Assembly (NCBI GenBank): GCA_013265495.1
Contig: MU058418.1
Coordinates: 1,762,917-1,826,916 of the forward strand
Source of the DNA: Vicugna vicugna
Lineage: Eukaryota
Length of the DNA stretch: 64,000 nucleotides
Direction of reading: 5' to 3'
Within the stretch, counting starts at the first letter, position 1. The number at the start of each line of letters is the position of its first letter. A program made the position numbers and the translations under genes. Below the pieces are notes generated by a model. It worked only from the letters and a program-made list of their open reading frames with translations, had not been told where the DNA came from and searched no databases. This document shows positions 1 to 13,940 of this stretch, piece after piece.

Positions 1-1064
1 CATTAATTATTTTGATCAATAATATTAAAAGGTGAAAAAACTTTAAAAAGAACCCAAATAGTTTACTGAATATGGCTATGTAAGTATTGTTCTTCAAAGC
101 TGTTCCCTGGGAGAGAGGCTTGAAGTCAGCCCAAAGATGAGACCAGGGAGAGCTTTACCTGGAACACATGGGAGTTGGGACTAACAGTTCTATTTCAGTT
201 CTGCTCTACTGTTACCTGTTGTTAACACGTGCAGTTGGCTGAGTGCTATACGTGCCAATCATTAGCTGGGGAGACTTCCTACAATTAGGAATATTTTTCT
301 TCAGTTGAAATATCCTTTTATTTGTCCCCAGTGCCATTTCTTTGCTACTTTGCTTAGTCATACCGGCTTGCAAAAATCCACCTGTGGTTTCTCCCCAATA
401 GTTTCACCCTTTCATACTGTGAAACACTGAAGCCATCTGAACCTTAAATATATCTGTCTATATTTTGACTGACTTCAATTTAAGGTTTTAAAGGAGGCTT
501 TCCTAATTATCTACCACTTCATAATATAAGTAGGTTTGCCTTCAAATTCTTACTTGTTTTTTTTTTATTTTGGCTTGTTGGAAAATAGCTTATCAACCAA
601 GTATTTTATTATATGTGTCCCTTGGTGTGTATGTGTATGTGTGTTGCCCAGATAAATCATAAAGGCTTTTATATTTTGAATCTTTAGATTTTATTTCTAC
701 AGTGTCCATAACAAAATTGATTTGAATTCTTTCCTTAACAAGATTGATTTGAATTACATTCTCTTCAGCCTTAAAATGCCTACTTTCTAAAATACTGTCA
801 TACATACTATTCTCAGAATATAGTCTTTTTCTTTTTGTCTGTTATTTTGCTTCTATCTTTCAGGAATAAATGAATGAACCACTTAAGTCAGATTTACTCT
901 TTAATATTTTCTCCAGTTCTTCTGTCTTTTGTGTTGCCAAATTTACTGTAATATGCTTTGAATGTCTAAATCTCCAATATTTCTGGCATATTTTAATAGA
1001 TTTTAAAAATAATAAATTGTTTAATTCATTTTGCCCTTATTGAAAGATTTGTGAGCTAACTCTA

Positions 1065-1087
1065 GCGCGCGCGCACACACACACACA
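1065..1087. repeat. (GC)5(AC)n alternating purine-pyrimidine microsatellite
   Basis: gcgcgcgcgcacacacacacaca. Confidence 0.9.
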
Positions 1088-1338
1088 ATTTATGACATAA
1101 ATTTTGTGGACTAATCTCACTGCTGGCTTTATTCTTATTCTTCTATTGTTTTCCTTATCCACATATTTTATGTGAATATATACATATATAGAGGTAAGAT
1201 ATTAAAATTTTGTGTCATTTAAAAATTATTAAATATTTCAAGAAAAAATAAAAATAAGAATAATATAATAAAAAACCTATTACCTATTTCCTGGAATGAA
1301 CAAGTATTAACATTTTGCTTTATTTATTAAATGTAATA

Positions 1339-1759
1339 TTTTTAAATTAAAGTATAGTTGATGTACAAGATTATATAAGTTATAGGTGTGCAATATGGTG
1401 ATTCATATCTTTTTTAATAGTGATTCACAGTTTTTAAAGGTTATACTTCATTTTTAGCTATTATAAAATATTGGCTATATTCCTATGTTGTACATTATAT
1501 CCTTATAGCTTATTTTGTACCTAATAGTTTGTATCTCTTAATCCCTTACCCCTTATTGCCCCCACTCCCCACTAGTAACTACCAGTTTGTGTGTTTTTTG
1601 TTATGTTCATTAGTTGTGTTTTTTAGATTCCACATATAAGTTATATCATACAGTATTTGTCTTTCTCTGACTTATTTCATGTAGCATAATATCCTCTAAG
1701 TTCATCCATGTTGCTGCAAATGTCAAATTTTCTTTCTTTTTTACGGCTAAATAGTATGC

Positions 1760-1816
<57 letters not shown>

Positions 1817-2635
1817 CACCACATCTTCTTTATCTGTTCATCTGTTGATGGACGCTTAGGTTGAGTCCATATCTTGACAATTGAAAATAATGCTGCTGTG
1901 AATACTGGGGTGCATGTATCTTTTTGAATTAGTGTTTTTATTTTTTTCAGATATATATCCAGGAGTAGAATTGCTGGGTCATATGGTGGTTCAATTTTTA
2001 GTTTTTTGAGAAACCTCCATACTGTTTTCCACAGTGGCTGCAACAGCCAATTTACATTCCTGCCAACAGTGTACGATTTCCCTTGCTCCACATCCTTGCC
2101 AACATTAGTGGTTTTTTTGATAATAGCCACTCTAACAGGTGTGAGGTGACATCTCACTGAGGTTTGATTTGCATTTCCCTGATGATTAGCAATGTTGAGC
2201 ATCTTTTCACTTTTCTGTTGGCTATCTGCATTTCCTCTTTGCAAAAATGGCTGTTCAGATTTTCTGCTCATTTTTTAATCGGGTTTTTTGTTGTTGTTGA
2301 GTTGTATAAGGTGTTTATATATGTTGGATATTAATTCTTTACAGGTCATATCATTTAAAAATATTTTCTCCCATTTAATAGGTTGTCTTTTTGTTTTGTC
2401 AGTGGTTTCCTTTGTTGCTCAAAAGCTTTTAACTTTAATTAAGTCCCATTTGTTTATTTTTTCTTTTATTTCCTTTATTTTAGGAGACAGATCCAAAAAA
2501 ATATTGCCACAATTTATATCAAAGGGTGTTCTGCCTATGTTTTATGGTTTCTGGTCTTATATTTAGGTCTTTAATCCATTTTGAGCTTATTTTTGTATAT
2601 AGTGTTAGAGGATGTTCTAATTTCATTGTTTTATA
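1339..2635 (-). mobile_element. 5'-truncated LINE-1 (ORF2 C-terminus + 3' UTR) nested in an older L1ME-type fragment (~1200-2900)
   Basis: ORF 1747-2271 contains PLWKTVWRFLKKLKIEPPYDPAI...TCTPVFTAALF...PKRPSTDEQIKKMW; typical L1 3' UTR. Confidence 0.93.
1765..1816. repeat. (TA)n microsatellite inside the L1
   Basis: ~25 TA units with one interruption. Confidence 0.95.
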
Positions 2636-3789
2636 ATGGAAGAAAAAATTACATGGGCGTGGAAGTGCCCTTGGCACTGTAATATATTTGTGTTTTTAAA
2701 AATGTTATATAAAAGACATCTTGTGATATCTATCATTGTATAACTTGCTTTTTTCACTCAATTATATATTTTCAAAGTTTATCCATGTTGCTAAAATTAT
2801 TAGATCTAGTTTTTGAATTTTAGTTGCTGTATGGTGTTTCATTGTGTGAATATGACAATTTATTCATTCCCTGTTACTGTATATTCAGGTTAAAAATCTT
2901 TCTAGAACAAGGGTGTTATAGATAAATACCTGTTGAAATAATTTAAAATATGTATTCTTTAACCTTTTAAAATCTTCACCTAATGGTTGTCCACGTAAGA
3001 TTATCAAAGTATTCATAAGGGTATTCACTGTAAAGACAAAACTTTGTTACCCAAGATTTAGAACTCAAAAATTATGGCAAAAGCTTCAGTAGAAGTTCAA
3101 TATGTTTGTAAGTTTGCCTCTCTTTTGGTAGAATTTTAGAAATGGATGAAAACTTCAAGATTACTTGAGTCAACCCTTTTATTCTATAGAGTAAGTTATA
3201 GAGAAGTTAAGCTACTAATTAGGATGAGGTCACAGACTAGTTAGAATGATTATTATTATTATCACCAACACACCAGCAAATCTAAATGTAATGCCCTAGC
3301 AGTAAGTAGTAGTGCTTGGGAGGAGTCTCTGATACCAGGACTTATAAAGACTATATAATGTTCCTAACTTTTCTCATTTGTTTGAACCTAATTGCATTTG
3401 CTTGTCTTCTTCTGTTCAAAAAGGGTAGATGATGACTGTAATACCTTCTGTTGTAGTATGTTCTTCATCTAGACTTTATTAATTTAGAACATATTAGAAA
3501 GAAATTCTGTTTCTTGCTCCAAAATAATTTTGTGCCAATTGTTTGAATTCTGTTGTTCAATTTTACTGTCTCTTCTATGAATCCTCCTATTTCATGAGTT
3601 GTATTAATGAGAAAATGTTATGGTATGTACCAAATAATTTGGTTATATCATGATTCTTTCAGGTACTGGTACACTGGAATTTTAGGGTACCATTTAGTCG
3701 GATATACCAGGGTTATTTACCTAATCAAGTGAACTTAAGTACATGAACACTATAATCTTTAACCCCCATTTATAGGACAATCTCTTTCT

Positions 3790-3905
3790 GGGGGTAATTA
3801 GGTTTATTTATTTATCTATTTTTTTGATGAAGGTACTGGGGATTAAACCCAGGACCTCATGCATGCTAAGCTTGCACTCTACCACTGAGCTTTATACCCT
3901 CCCCC
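3790..3905 (-). mobile_element. tRNA-derived camelid-type SINE (vic-1-like)
   Basis: RC reads GGGGGAGGGTAT..AGCTCAGTGGTAGAG..CTTAGCATGCATGAGGTCCTGGGTTTAATCCCCAGTACC; 17-bp TSD taggacaRtYtctttct at 3773-3789 and 3906-3922. Confidence 0.9.
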
Positions 3906-4094
3906 TAGGACAGTTTCTTTCTTTGTCTTCCTTTACTTTCCTCCACTGGAATTATAAAATTCTGTGTATGCAATAAGAATGCTTTAGATAATTTGCTCTC
4001 TGTTATTTCTGTTATCAGTTATTATTTTGTTATCAGTTACTTAGCTCATAACATTTTGTAGCTGTCATCTGTGTAGAGCTGCTTTGAAGATTCT

Positions 4095-4393
4095 GTATAG
4101 GGATTACCTGAAGTCTTTCTGTGGAATGCTAGTCTCTCAGGGGGATTCCCAAAAAGGGTTTCTGTGGCAAATAAATTTGGAAAATACATACTCTATTCCT
4201 GTTTTGGAAATCCACAATGATAGCAGAATGTTAAATATACTGACAAAACTTGCAGGTGAAGAAGTTGGTTAACACTGTTTTATCAATTTCCCCAAATCTT
4301 TATTTGCCTGGAAAATCTATTTAGTTTAGGTAACAATTCCAATTAATATCCTATAAAACTAGTATTCCATAGGACGCATTTAGGTAAATACTG
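4095..4393. mobile_element. hAT-Charlie MITE (MER103-like)
   Basis: gggtttctgtggcaaataaatttggaaaa and terminal ...aaatactg resemble the recalled MER103C consensus. Confidence 0.55.
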
Positions 4394-7300
4394 TATGAAT
4401 CATAAGTGGATTGTAGATCTATAATCTTTAAATATTGGAATGATAAATGTATTTCTTTCTTTTTATTTCTTTAAGTCATGTTATCTTTATAATTTGTTTT
4501 CTTCCTGTACAGCATGGCTTATCCCCTGTCATCCAATCATTCCTTTCCCCCAAGCCAAATGTTTTTATTTATTTAGCTCATCTTTATTGAGCCGCTAGGG
4601 ATTATATGCTAGAAATATAATGGTAAATAAGATGAAGTTCTGGCTCTTTTAGACCTAACACACTGATTTGTTAGAGCAGGGGAGCCATCTATAGGGGATA
4701 GCCCCTCACATCTTTACGTAGCTGTAGAGATCCATGATTAGCACTTTGCATTTACTCATGTAATAGCGGGAGAAAAATGTTCTCAATGTGTATTTTTATG
4801 AAGACTTTATTCATTGAATCTAAGATGCCGAAGATTGAAAGGCACAGCATTACTTTATGTACCCACAATGAAAGAAAAAAACAGTTGCCAAATATAATTA
4901 AAGTTGAATCTTGATTTTAGAGAAGTAAAACGTATGCAATACATAGGCTAATAAATTTTGTTAACTATTGGACTTCGACGTATTTTATGTATTTCCACTA
5001 CATTAATTGAATTAAGTGCAACAAATGCTTATTGAATGACTATCATATAATAAGGCCAATGGATAATAGAATAATCAATAAGACGTCATCTCTTCTCCTA
5101 AGGAACTATAGAGGAAGGCAGATGTGTGCAGACCTTGCTAAAATAAAACTAAGTTTCTTAAAGTGACTTAATTAAATCACACAAACTATAATTAACCAGT
5201 ATGTTAAAGATAATGCTAAATTAATGACAATTGATAGCTTAGTAAAAGTTAAAAATCACCAATTTCAAAAACCATTTATTGTTAATTTTTTATTCTTTCA
5301 TTGTTAGAGGTAGTTGGGGGTTTAGTGGGTAGAAGGAAGAAATGGAAGGAAATATTTATTTTTGAGTATATATGTGTATTTTTTTAAAAGGAGAGAATAG
5401 AGTTTATTTTAAAGATATTTAATGTTTTTCTCAGTTGTTATCTTCACAGTAGTATATTTGAAGGAAAAACATTTCTGGTAGTTATAATGTTTGTTTTCTT
5501 TGGAAAAATTACAAATTGAGTTATACTCAGCCAAATATGTTTCTCTGTGTCTGGATTTATACAAGAAAAAAGTGTTAACCTTAAGCTGGCATCTGTCTGC
5601 TATCAGCAGTTGAATTAGTTGGCTCACCCACTGTCAGTGTGTATACTCAGGGAATGCAAATTTATTTTACTATTGGCTGAAATAAATAACATTAAGAAAA
5701 TAAATCTGTTAATTTTTTTTTTATCTGAGGCTAAACACAGGGAAAGATTGGATCATCTATGATTTATGGAAAGCAGTACGGAAACAGGAAGGGCACCATA
5801 TTGAGAGTCTGGAGTCCTGATTGAATTCTGTTCTTGCTGTTTATTAGGCATATGACCTTAGGCAAGTCACTTAATCATTCTGCCTGTTTTTTCATGTGTT
5901 AAAAAATGACTGTAATAAAAGTAATGCCATTTTTAAGCTTGTTAGGATGAAACTTGATGTGTAAAGGCTTTGTAAACTATGATATTTTGCAAGTATTGGT
6001 TGATAATTTTTAGATTTTTGCCTTTTAATACAGATATTAAGAATATACTGTATAAGACTACATATATTTTGCAGAATTGAGTTTAGCAGTTTTGATTTAT
6101 TTCGATTTATATGAGCTTTAGAAAAAAAAAGGAAATTTGTTTTAGTACTTCCTAGAATCTCCCTTTTAAGCATTTTAGAGATACTTTTACTAACTATGTG
6201 GTAGGCAAATTGATATATATGTTATTCTATTAATCTATAGATGTACAGTTTCTATTTTTTCTAGGTCTGATTGTCATAAAGTTTTAATAAGAAGTTAACC
6301 AAAAGAAACTTTGTCTAAAATAGAATAGTATTGATTGGAGAAATAGTTTCAAGACATGGTGAAGATTGTGAACTTTAGAACTTTGTCTCAGTCTAAGCAA
6401 AGCTCTAGTAATGTCTTAATTTGAAACAGCTCAAGGCAGTTTGATAGTATGTATCAGAAGCATCAAAACTGTCTTTAACTGAATACTATTTCTAGACTGT
6501 ATACTTTTGAAAAAATTGGCAATTTGCATTAATATTCATCTACTGCCACAAAAACTATAAAAGAATAATGATACAAGAAAATGTTTATCATGTATTATTA
6601 AGTAGAAAGGCAATTTACACAAACTTTGTATGATACAAGACTAACTTTGGTTAAAATAATAAGACTGATTTAATAGATACCAAAATATTAATAATATTTC
6701 AACAATCTTAGACTGATAGTGTTCATAGTGATTATTATTTTCTTCTATAATTTCTAAATTTTGTAGAAGGAACATGTATTACTTTTATAAGCAGGGAAAA
6801 AACTATATGTGTGTGTGTATATATAAAATATCATGGATTTATATATAATGTAAATATAAGAAGTTGTTAGCAGTATTCATGTACGTAAGAATAATATTAT
6901 TAGTGATTGAACTTATTGCAAATGCCTTTTGATTTTGTCATGCTGCAACTCTTGTCTATCTTTTGATGAACTATAATTTGCAGCTAATAGGAAGTTTTTA
7001 GTTGCAGGATGAAAGTTGGTCATATTAAAGGAGGCTGAGGCTGTCTTAGCCAGGGCTTATCTGAGCTGGACTGGCAAACTTGGCCAGTTACTGTCATGTC
7101 AGTCCTTTTTTGTGGGGCTCCAAATTAGTACTAGTTTAGAGCAAGTGCAAAGCCCCACGTTGGTTAGGCATTGCATTTATTTCTCCTGAGACTATGACCT
7201 CTTCCTTTTTCTACATCCATCTCTTAGCACAAAGTCTGGCACATGTTAGGCACTCAGCAAATAATATTGGAATTGAAGTGAAATGGAAACTGAAAATTAT

Positions 7301-8109
7301 GCTAACTCCTAACATTAGCTTTACTGAAAAGTCATGTCAGTGTTAAATGAAGCAAGTTGTGCAGTCACAGGTCTAGTCTCTACTTGGATGCAAGAGAAGT
7401 TCTTAGGGACAACAAAAAGATCTTATGTTTAGCCATCAGAATAGGGTCTTCTCTGTGCCTCTTGTAGTTTGGCTGCTAGAGGTGTAGTGGAAGGCCCTCA
7501 GCACTTTCAGCATTTGACGCAGTCATTTAGAAGTAAAGTATGCGCATTGGTAACTAATGAAGAATTGGAACATTTAAGAGGAGAGTAATGCAAATTTTTA
7601 TAGGTGCATTTTAAGTAAAATGTATTTTGATAATCTTAACTAAGCTTCCACCTTAGCTAGGCAGGAAAATCAGGTTTTGTCCTTTTGCCCTCTGTGCTAT
7701 TCAACAACATATGCTGTTTCTCATGTTAAGACCTTAACAGCTGTGCCAACAAGTCCAGTTTGAAAAAAGTAAGGGCTTAATGGTGTCTCTTTACAGATCA
7801 GCCTGTCAACAACTCTGTCCATCAGTAGATTACTTCAGCCCTTTAGAACAGTTGTTCACTTCAGACATAGGGGTCAAAAGTCGGTGTGGTTAAGATATTG
7901 CAACTTGCTAACAGGGATAAGAATTGAAATTATGAATATGGAGCTCTGGATGCTAAGGAGAACAATGTTATGACAAACCTAGGTGTGTTGCTTTTTGACA
8001 GAATAACTCAGACACTGCTGTTAGTGACTAGAACCCTCTTTTAGGCATTGCCCCTTTACCTTATATTGAGATAACTTGTCGCTAGAATTTATTTTGGAAC
8101 TCTGTGTGA

Positions 8110-8900
8110 CTTTTAACTCATTTCAGTTTAGCAAGCATTTGTTAAGTATTAAATTAGGTGCTGAGGTTACAAAGATGAATGATACTTGATCCCTGTCCTC
8201 AAGACTTTCAGTTTAATGGGGAGGACATGAACAGATTACTTCAATATATTATATAGATATGCACAGAGGAGAGTTAATTAGCCCAGCCACAAGAAGCCAT
8301 GAAAGGGAAAGCTTCATGGACAGATTAACTGATAAACTGTGTCTTGCGTAATGGGTAAGACTATTCTAGGCAGAGAGAACAATGTGAACATTAGAAACAT
8401 GTTTATTCAGTAAAGAAAGGAGAAAGGAACTAGACTGATAGAGAATAGGTCATAGAGGGCCCTATAATGCCCTGAGAACATGCTCAATCTTTATCCTGAA
8501 AGCAGTGAGGAGTCACTGGAGAGTTTTGAGCATTGACATGTCATGGCTGGATTGTAATTTTAGGGAGATCACTCTAGAGGCAGAGAAGAGGATAGTTTTA
8601 GTGGGACAAGATTAGTGTCAGGGAAATCACTTTAGAAGGCCATTGTAATAGACCAGGTGAAAAATGATGGGGGCCTGGGCTTGGGCACCTAGTCAGTCAG
8701 GGATGGTAAGGATAAGATAGTATAGGTGATCCAAGAAGTGTTCTAGGTGTTGAAGTCCTCAGGACTTGAGAGATGGGGAGTAGGGGGATGATACTATTAG
8801 ATTAAAAATGTAGGAAGAAAAATAGTTTTTAGGGGGATGATGATACAATAAGTTTTAGATATGAGCTTAAGTTGCCTTAGGACATTTGAGTGTATATGAA
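8110..8900 (-). mobile_element. LINE-2 3' fragment
   Basis: tttagcaagcatttgttaagt, gatccctgtcctcaag, tttatcctgaaagcagtgaggagtcactggagagttttgagc, ggccattgtaatagaccaggtga are L2 hallmarks. Confidence 0.75.
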
Positions 8901-9332
8901 CTCTTAAAATTCAGGGAAATGGTAGTCAGTACTTGATTAAAAAAATTACCATTTTGAGTAAGAATGAAAAACAAATGTATCAGGGCAACTCCCAAAGTAA
9001 TATTGTCACTTGAAGAGGGCTGGGCATAAACTGGGTATAAAAATTTGGGTTTGTACAGCAGCAGTATAAAGTTACTATAAGTAGGTTAAATATTGCAGGG
9101 AATGGAGCATTTCATTTTGTGCAAAGTCATCTTATATACCATTTATAGGTTACCTGTTTGGAAACTTTAGGATATAGTATGGCATAATAGTAACATAGTA
9201 CTGGATATAATTTAGGTTTCGATAATTCAAAAGGGATTTTTGGATTTTGTGGTTTGTCAGTATCATGGACATCAGTGATTATACTAACAAAATTTTGGAT
9301 GTGATATTCAAAATATAAAAATTTTCAGATGT

Positions 9333-9560
9333 CAGTAATAACATTTATTGAGTGCCTACTATGATCCAAGCTCTATTCTAAGTACTTTGTATTGATTCAT
9401 TGCATATAATCCTCTAAAATAGGTAAGTACTCATATTATTTCCATTTTATAGGTGGGGGAAAACCATGGAAAGTTTAAGAAACTTGCCTAAGATCATGCA
9501 GGATTCACTCCCAAGGAGTCTTGCTGCAGAGTCCACCCCTTAGCCACTTTGCTGTACTGC
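9333..9560 (-). mobile_element. MIR SINE
   Basis: taataacatttattgagtgcctactatg...ccattttatagg...aacttgcctaagatca. Confidence 0.8.
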
Positions 9561-12358
9561 CTTATCAAACAATAAAAATGCATTATATAACAAAAGTCCC
9601 TAGAAAGATAACATTTCTAGAAATGTAAAGTGGTAAGAACTTCAGAAATAGTTTAGTGTCAAGAATTTATATATATATATATTTTTTTTAATTTAAAAAA
9701 GGATTACATTGCTTATTAGGGGGAATGGAAATCTGACAAGTCTGAAGAATTAAGGAAATAGAAATACAGAAAGTTGAATTATTACAGGGAGGGAAAGGAA
9801 GAATATGTCAGAGATTAATATTTATAAGGCTAATTTGTAAAGAAGTTGAAATTCTCTGAAAAGAATGATAGTTTATCACTGCTACTTCTGCCACTGTATA
9901 TTTACATAAGACTTTATATTTTTCAAAGCTAAGAGAAAGGAACGAATAACTAAGATTACATGCTGTAAGTGTCAGAAACAAAAGAACCTAGGTCTTCTGA
10001 CTCAGTCCAGAGCTCTTTCCATTATGTCATATTTTTTAGAACCATGCAGTTTCAGTCCTCAAATCCACAGAAATGGAGGGGGAAAGGAAAAGAATTAGTC
10101 CATCATCACTAAATGCAAGAAAGTAGCAACAGCAACAGGGATGCAATGGTAAGGAATGAACCAGTAATGCTATAATCAAAAAGACTGCCAAGCTTCTCGA
10201 ATCTGATGAATCAAATCCTGTTGATTGATGTATTTGACAGGAAAGTCACCAAAAGGAAAGTACTTAGGTGTATGAATAATTGTTTTCCTTTCTGTTCTCA
10301 AGAATCTTTTGATGCTGATTCTCTTCAGAGAGGAGAAAGCAGTAGAAGTGATTGGGAATAATCAGTCTAGGAGTAGAAAAAATTTTACTTTTTATTTTGT
10401 GCTTGTCTGTGCTGTTTAAATTTTGTAACCTGTGGATATATTACTTAAAAAAACATATTAATAGGAATTTCTGTATAATAGGATTATGAGCCACTTTAAA
10501 TATTTTTAAATTAAATATTATATAGTGCATGAACTGTGCTAACAGACTTTATCCCAAGGGTTATCAAGTAGGTTGGCATTGACATTCAGAGTGAATTTTC
10601 CACAATTCCTCATAGAAACTATTTTTATAACATGGTTAGGACAGGAGTGGCACTATAAAAATATTCTGTTAGTTCAATGGGAAAGTTGGAATTAAATTAT
10701 AGATAGGGATGTGGGAAATTTTACTTTCTGTAGTCTCAGAAAATCGCTTGCGTACATACATGTCTACACTTGTTCCCGGGATAGGAAATAGCTTTCCTGA
10801 GTGAAAGAGATACTCTGGCAAGAGTGAGAATCAGACTAGCATTCTTCTGTCAGTTGTTCTAGACAGACTGTGCTGAGAGGGACTTTGAGGACCTTCATCC
10901 ACCAAAAGCAGAGAGAAGCCAGCAGTTTGGCTGTATACCTGGTTTATTTGTAAGGCGCACATTAGTGAATTAGGGAACTCTTCACAGTGATCAGTCGGTG
11001 CCTATTTTCACTCTAAAGCCATTTTAGTCCTCTAACAATCTGTTTGGATGATGTGCTTGCTACCTGATGATGTTGCAGTTTTATAAGATCCCAGAGCAAC
11101 TACGGTGTATAATTTGCACAATGTTTATACTACCCTTGGAAAAGATGAAAAATGCATGTCCGAACTAGGAATACACTGCTTTTCTGGAAAACTATAAAAG
11201 TTCTAAAGGCATTTTTTTCATGATGACATTCTTGAGAAGGGATCAGTTTTTCTTAAAAAGGGCCATGGTATTCTGGATATTAAATTAGTGTGTTTGTGGC
11301 CTGTGAGTGAAAGAAGAAACACCAAATGTTGGACTGGGACTGTAAGTCATCATCCTTGATAGGAGCAAAGTTTGCTCTTCCTTCTTGTGTCTGGACAGTC
11401 ACCAAAGCCGGTGGTGAATTGTGCAGTCGACTTCTCAGAATCTCAGAGAACACGGAAGTATTTACATGGACAAGTGATCTGATCTCATTTGTTGGTTGCT
11501 TGTTCATTTTATATTTTATTACGGATGAGACTTTTTATATTTAGAGGAATTACTAAAAATGGTTAATGTGATGGAAAGGAAAGGGATTTTTATGATTTTT
11601 AATAATCTTTGTTTTATAGTTCTTTTAAAAACAAATGAACACATATATGAAATTATGTATGAAGAACCTTTAAGAACCAGAAAATAGCTCCTCCACTCCA
11701 GAGTTTCTGGGCATTCAGAATAGCTTGGTATACATCCCATTTACCATATATCAGTGATTTTAAAACATTTTTTTTCACATTTAAAAAATTTATAAAATAG
11801 GGATACATTTTGTAATCTTTATTGGCTTGTATTGAAGTCAGATTACTTCAAAAAAGACTTGGATTTGCCTCTACCAGTCATTTGCACTACTACCAACCTG
11901 AGACCATTTTAAATTAAATCTCTCTTTGAGAGTTGTGGGATTTTGTTTTGTTTTGTTTTTTGACCCCACTGATAGTATTAATTCAGACTATAAAGCTGTG
12001 TAAGAACTGTCTTTTGGATAAAATTCCTTCTACCCAGTGCCTAGTACTTGAAAGGTATAGACTTTCAGGGTTTCTTGTCTCTTCCTGTGTGGTCAGTTTA
12101 TTTTTATTTATTTTACACTGCATTTATAGCCCTTCTGTTGTTCCAGGTTTGCACGAGTTTTCTTATTTTTTTCTTCTTGTGGAACATAAAAGAATAATGC
12201 ATCTTATAATAGATGTTGGCTTAGATGTGGTAAAAGATCTATCAGATGTTTATTTAAGCCTTTACCATACTTCTTACCATACTTCTTGTTTACTTATTGT
12301 AGACATACTTCTAAAAACCTCAATGTCATTATTACACATTTCTTTGCTGATTCTTCAT

Positions 12359-12545
12359 CAGTGATCTTCAAACTTTAATTTGCTAAAGAATCAATTCGGG
12401 AGTGAAAATTATTTATTTTTGTGATTTATCCCCAGAGATTCTGTTTCTGTGGACCTAGGTGATGCCCAGGAATCTGCACTTTTTTTAAATACCCTCTAGG
12501 TCTCCTTCCCTAAATGATTTAAGGACCACACTTAGAGGAAAACTG
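12359..12545. mobile_element. MER5-type hAT-Charlie MITE
   Basis: cagtgatcttcaaactt...ccccagagattctg...gcccaggaatctgcact...ggaccacactt. Confidence 0.7.
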
Positions 12546-12559
12546 CGTACTCTATATAT

Positions 12560-13940
12560 AAGTGAATATTCATGGCTTCAGCTGCCATTGGTATATACTG
12601 ATGATTTTTCAAATCCTTATCTTTAATGTAAACCATTCTTGGATGCCAGACTCACCTATACATAACTGGCATGTTTCTGTTAAAGGCAGAATACACTTTG
12701 ATCTGGGGTACATGGGCTCAAGTCCCAGCTCAGCCACTTAATAACTGTGTGACCTTTGGCAGGTTGCTTAACTTCTCAGTTGCCTCTTGTAAAATAAAAT
12801 TAATATAAATATCTCACGGGGTTGCCTTGACAATTCAGTGGATCAATACATGTACATTTCCTTGACCAGTACCTGGCACATAATAAGCTCAATGTAAGTG
12901 GTAGCTGTTTTTATGTAGTTACTGTCCCACAAGCACTTCAGACATGTCAAAAATGAACTTTTATATTACCTCCACACCCCTCAAAATCTGTTTTCTGCTT
13001 TGACTACAGTTTTAATTTCTTCCTATCATTAATTTTCCTCATCCAGGTCATATGTTCTATGACTTCAACATCCTAATCACCTCTCATTCGTTCCCTGTCT
13101 TCATTCCCACTTCTATTGCTTCTGTTCAGGACTTTATCACCTCTCACATAGCATTCTGGAGTAGCCTCCTTCCTGGACTTCTAGTCTCTGGCTGTTTTTC
13201 TCTGTTCTAACTCACAGAAATCTGTACCAGAAGCAATGTGATCCTACTTCTCCTTTGCTGGGTGGCTCTTATTGCCTACGGGATAAAATCCAAGCACCTG
13301 TGCCTGGCATATAAGGCTCCTCGTATCTGGTTTCTGCCTCCTCTTCTGCAGTACTCAGGCACATTTACAATCTTCCAGCTTTGTACATTTTCTGTAGTTG
13401 CTCACCCAAAACACCAGATCCTCTCTAGCTTTCATAACTGCATAAATAAGCAATATGTAGCGTAGTGGTTAAAAGTGTGAGCTTTAGAGCCAGACTGCCT
13501 GAGTCAAATCCTGACTTTGCCACTTAACTAGTTATGTGATCCTGGGCAAAACAGTTTTTCTGTGCCACAGTTTACTCATCTTTAAAATGGGAGTAATTGT
13601 GCCTCACAGAGTAGATATGTGGATTTTAGTAACTTAATTCACATAATAAGCATTCAATAAATGTGAGGTATCATTTTTATTATTACCATGCTATTTCTTT
13701 GGCTTGTGCACTTGATCTTCTCCTCTACTCATTCTCTCACTTTCCTTTGTCTATCAAATTCTGTTCATTCATCCTTAATATTTCAGTTTAAGAAGGAGCT
13801 CCTCCAGGAAGCCACCTCTGAAATCCCCAGTCTAGATTAGATGCTCCTCCTCTGGGTTCCCATGGCACCCTTTGTTGTGTAATTTAGCCTTGAATGTTTT
13901 AAGGTCGGCCAGAGACTGTGTTTTTCATCTTTGTATGGCT
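12560..13940 (+). mobile_element. Degraded L2 with two nested MIRs (~12690-12910 and ~13450-13680)
   Basis: MIR cores ctcagccacttaataactgtgtgacctttggc and tttgccacttaactagttatgtgatcctgggc inside pyrimidine-rich L2-like sequence. Confidence 0.65.

Larger units (their letters stand above)
7790..11450 (+). mobile_element. Decayed Gypsy/Ty3 LTR-retrotransposon pol fossil (MamGyp-int-like), interrupted by L2 and MIR
   Basis: Frame-shifted but collinear motifs: YL..KITILSKNE 8930, LKRAGHKL 9010, IMDISDY 9262, NHAVSVLKSTEMEG 10040, NRDAMVR 10134, RDVGNFTFCSLRK 10705, LHSDQ 10980, SQSN 11089, WTG 11330. Confidence 0.65.

Noticed and set aside
6900..7700. gag/protease region or LTR of the Gypsy fossil (FCGAPN as a zinc-knuckle remnant near 7110)
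   Set aside because: Too weak to distinguish from chance without a profile search
10085..10370. Minus-strand exon with an acceptor and a hydrophobic transmembrane-like peptide
   Set aside because: Stops and frameshifts; the + strand of the same stretch fits the Gypsy RNase H motifs better
11280..11544. Overlapping 72-75 aa ORFs as a small gene or endogenous bornavirus/filovirus element
   Set aside because: No resemblance to viral N or L proteins that I recall; lies in the 3' part of the inferred integrase fossil
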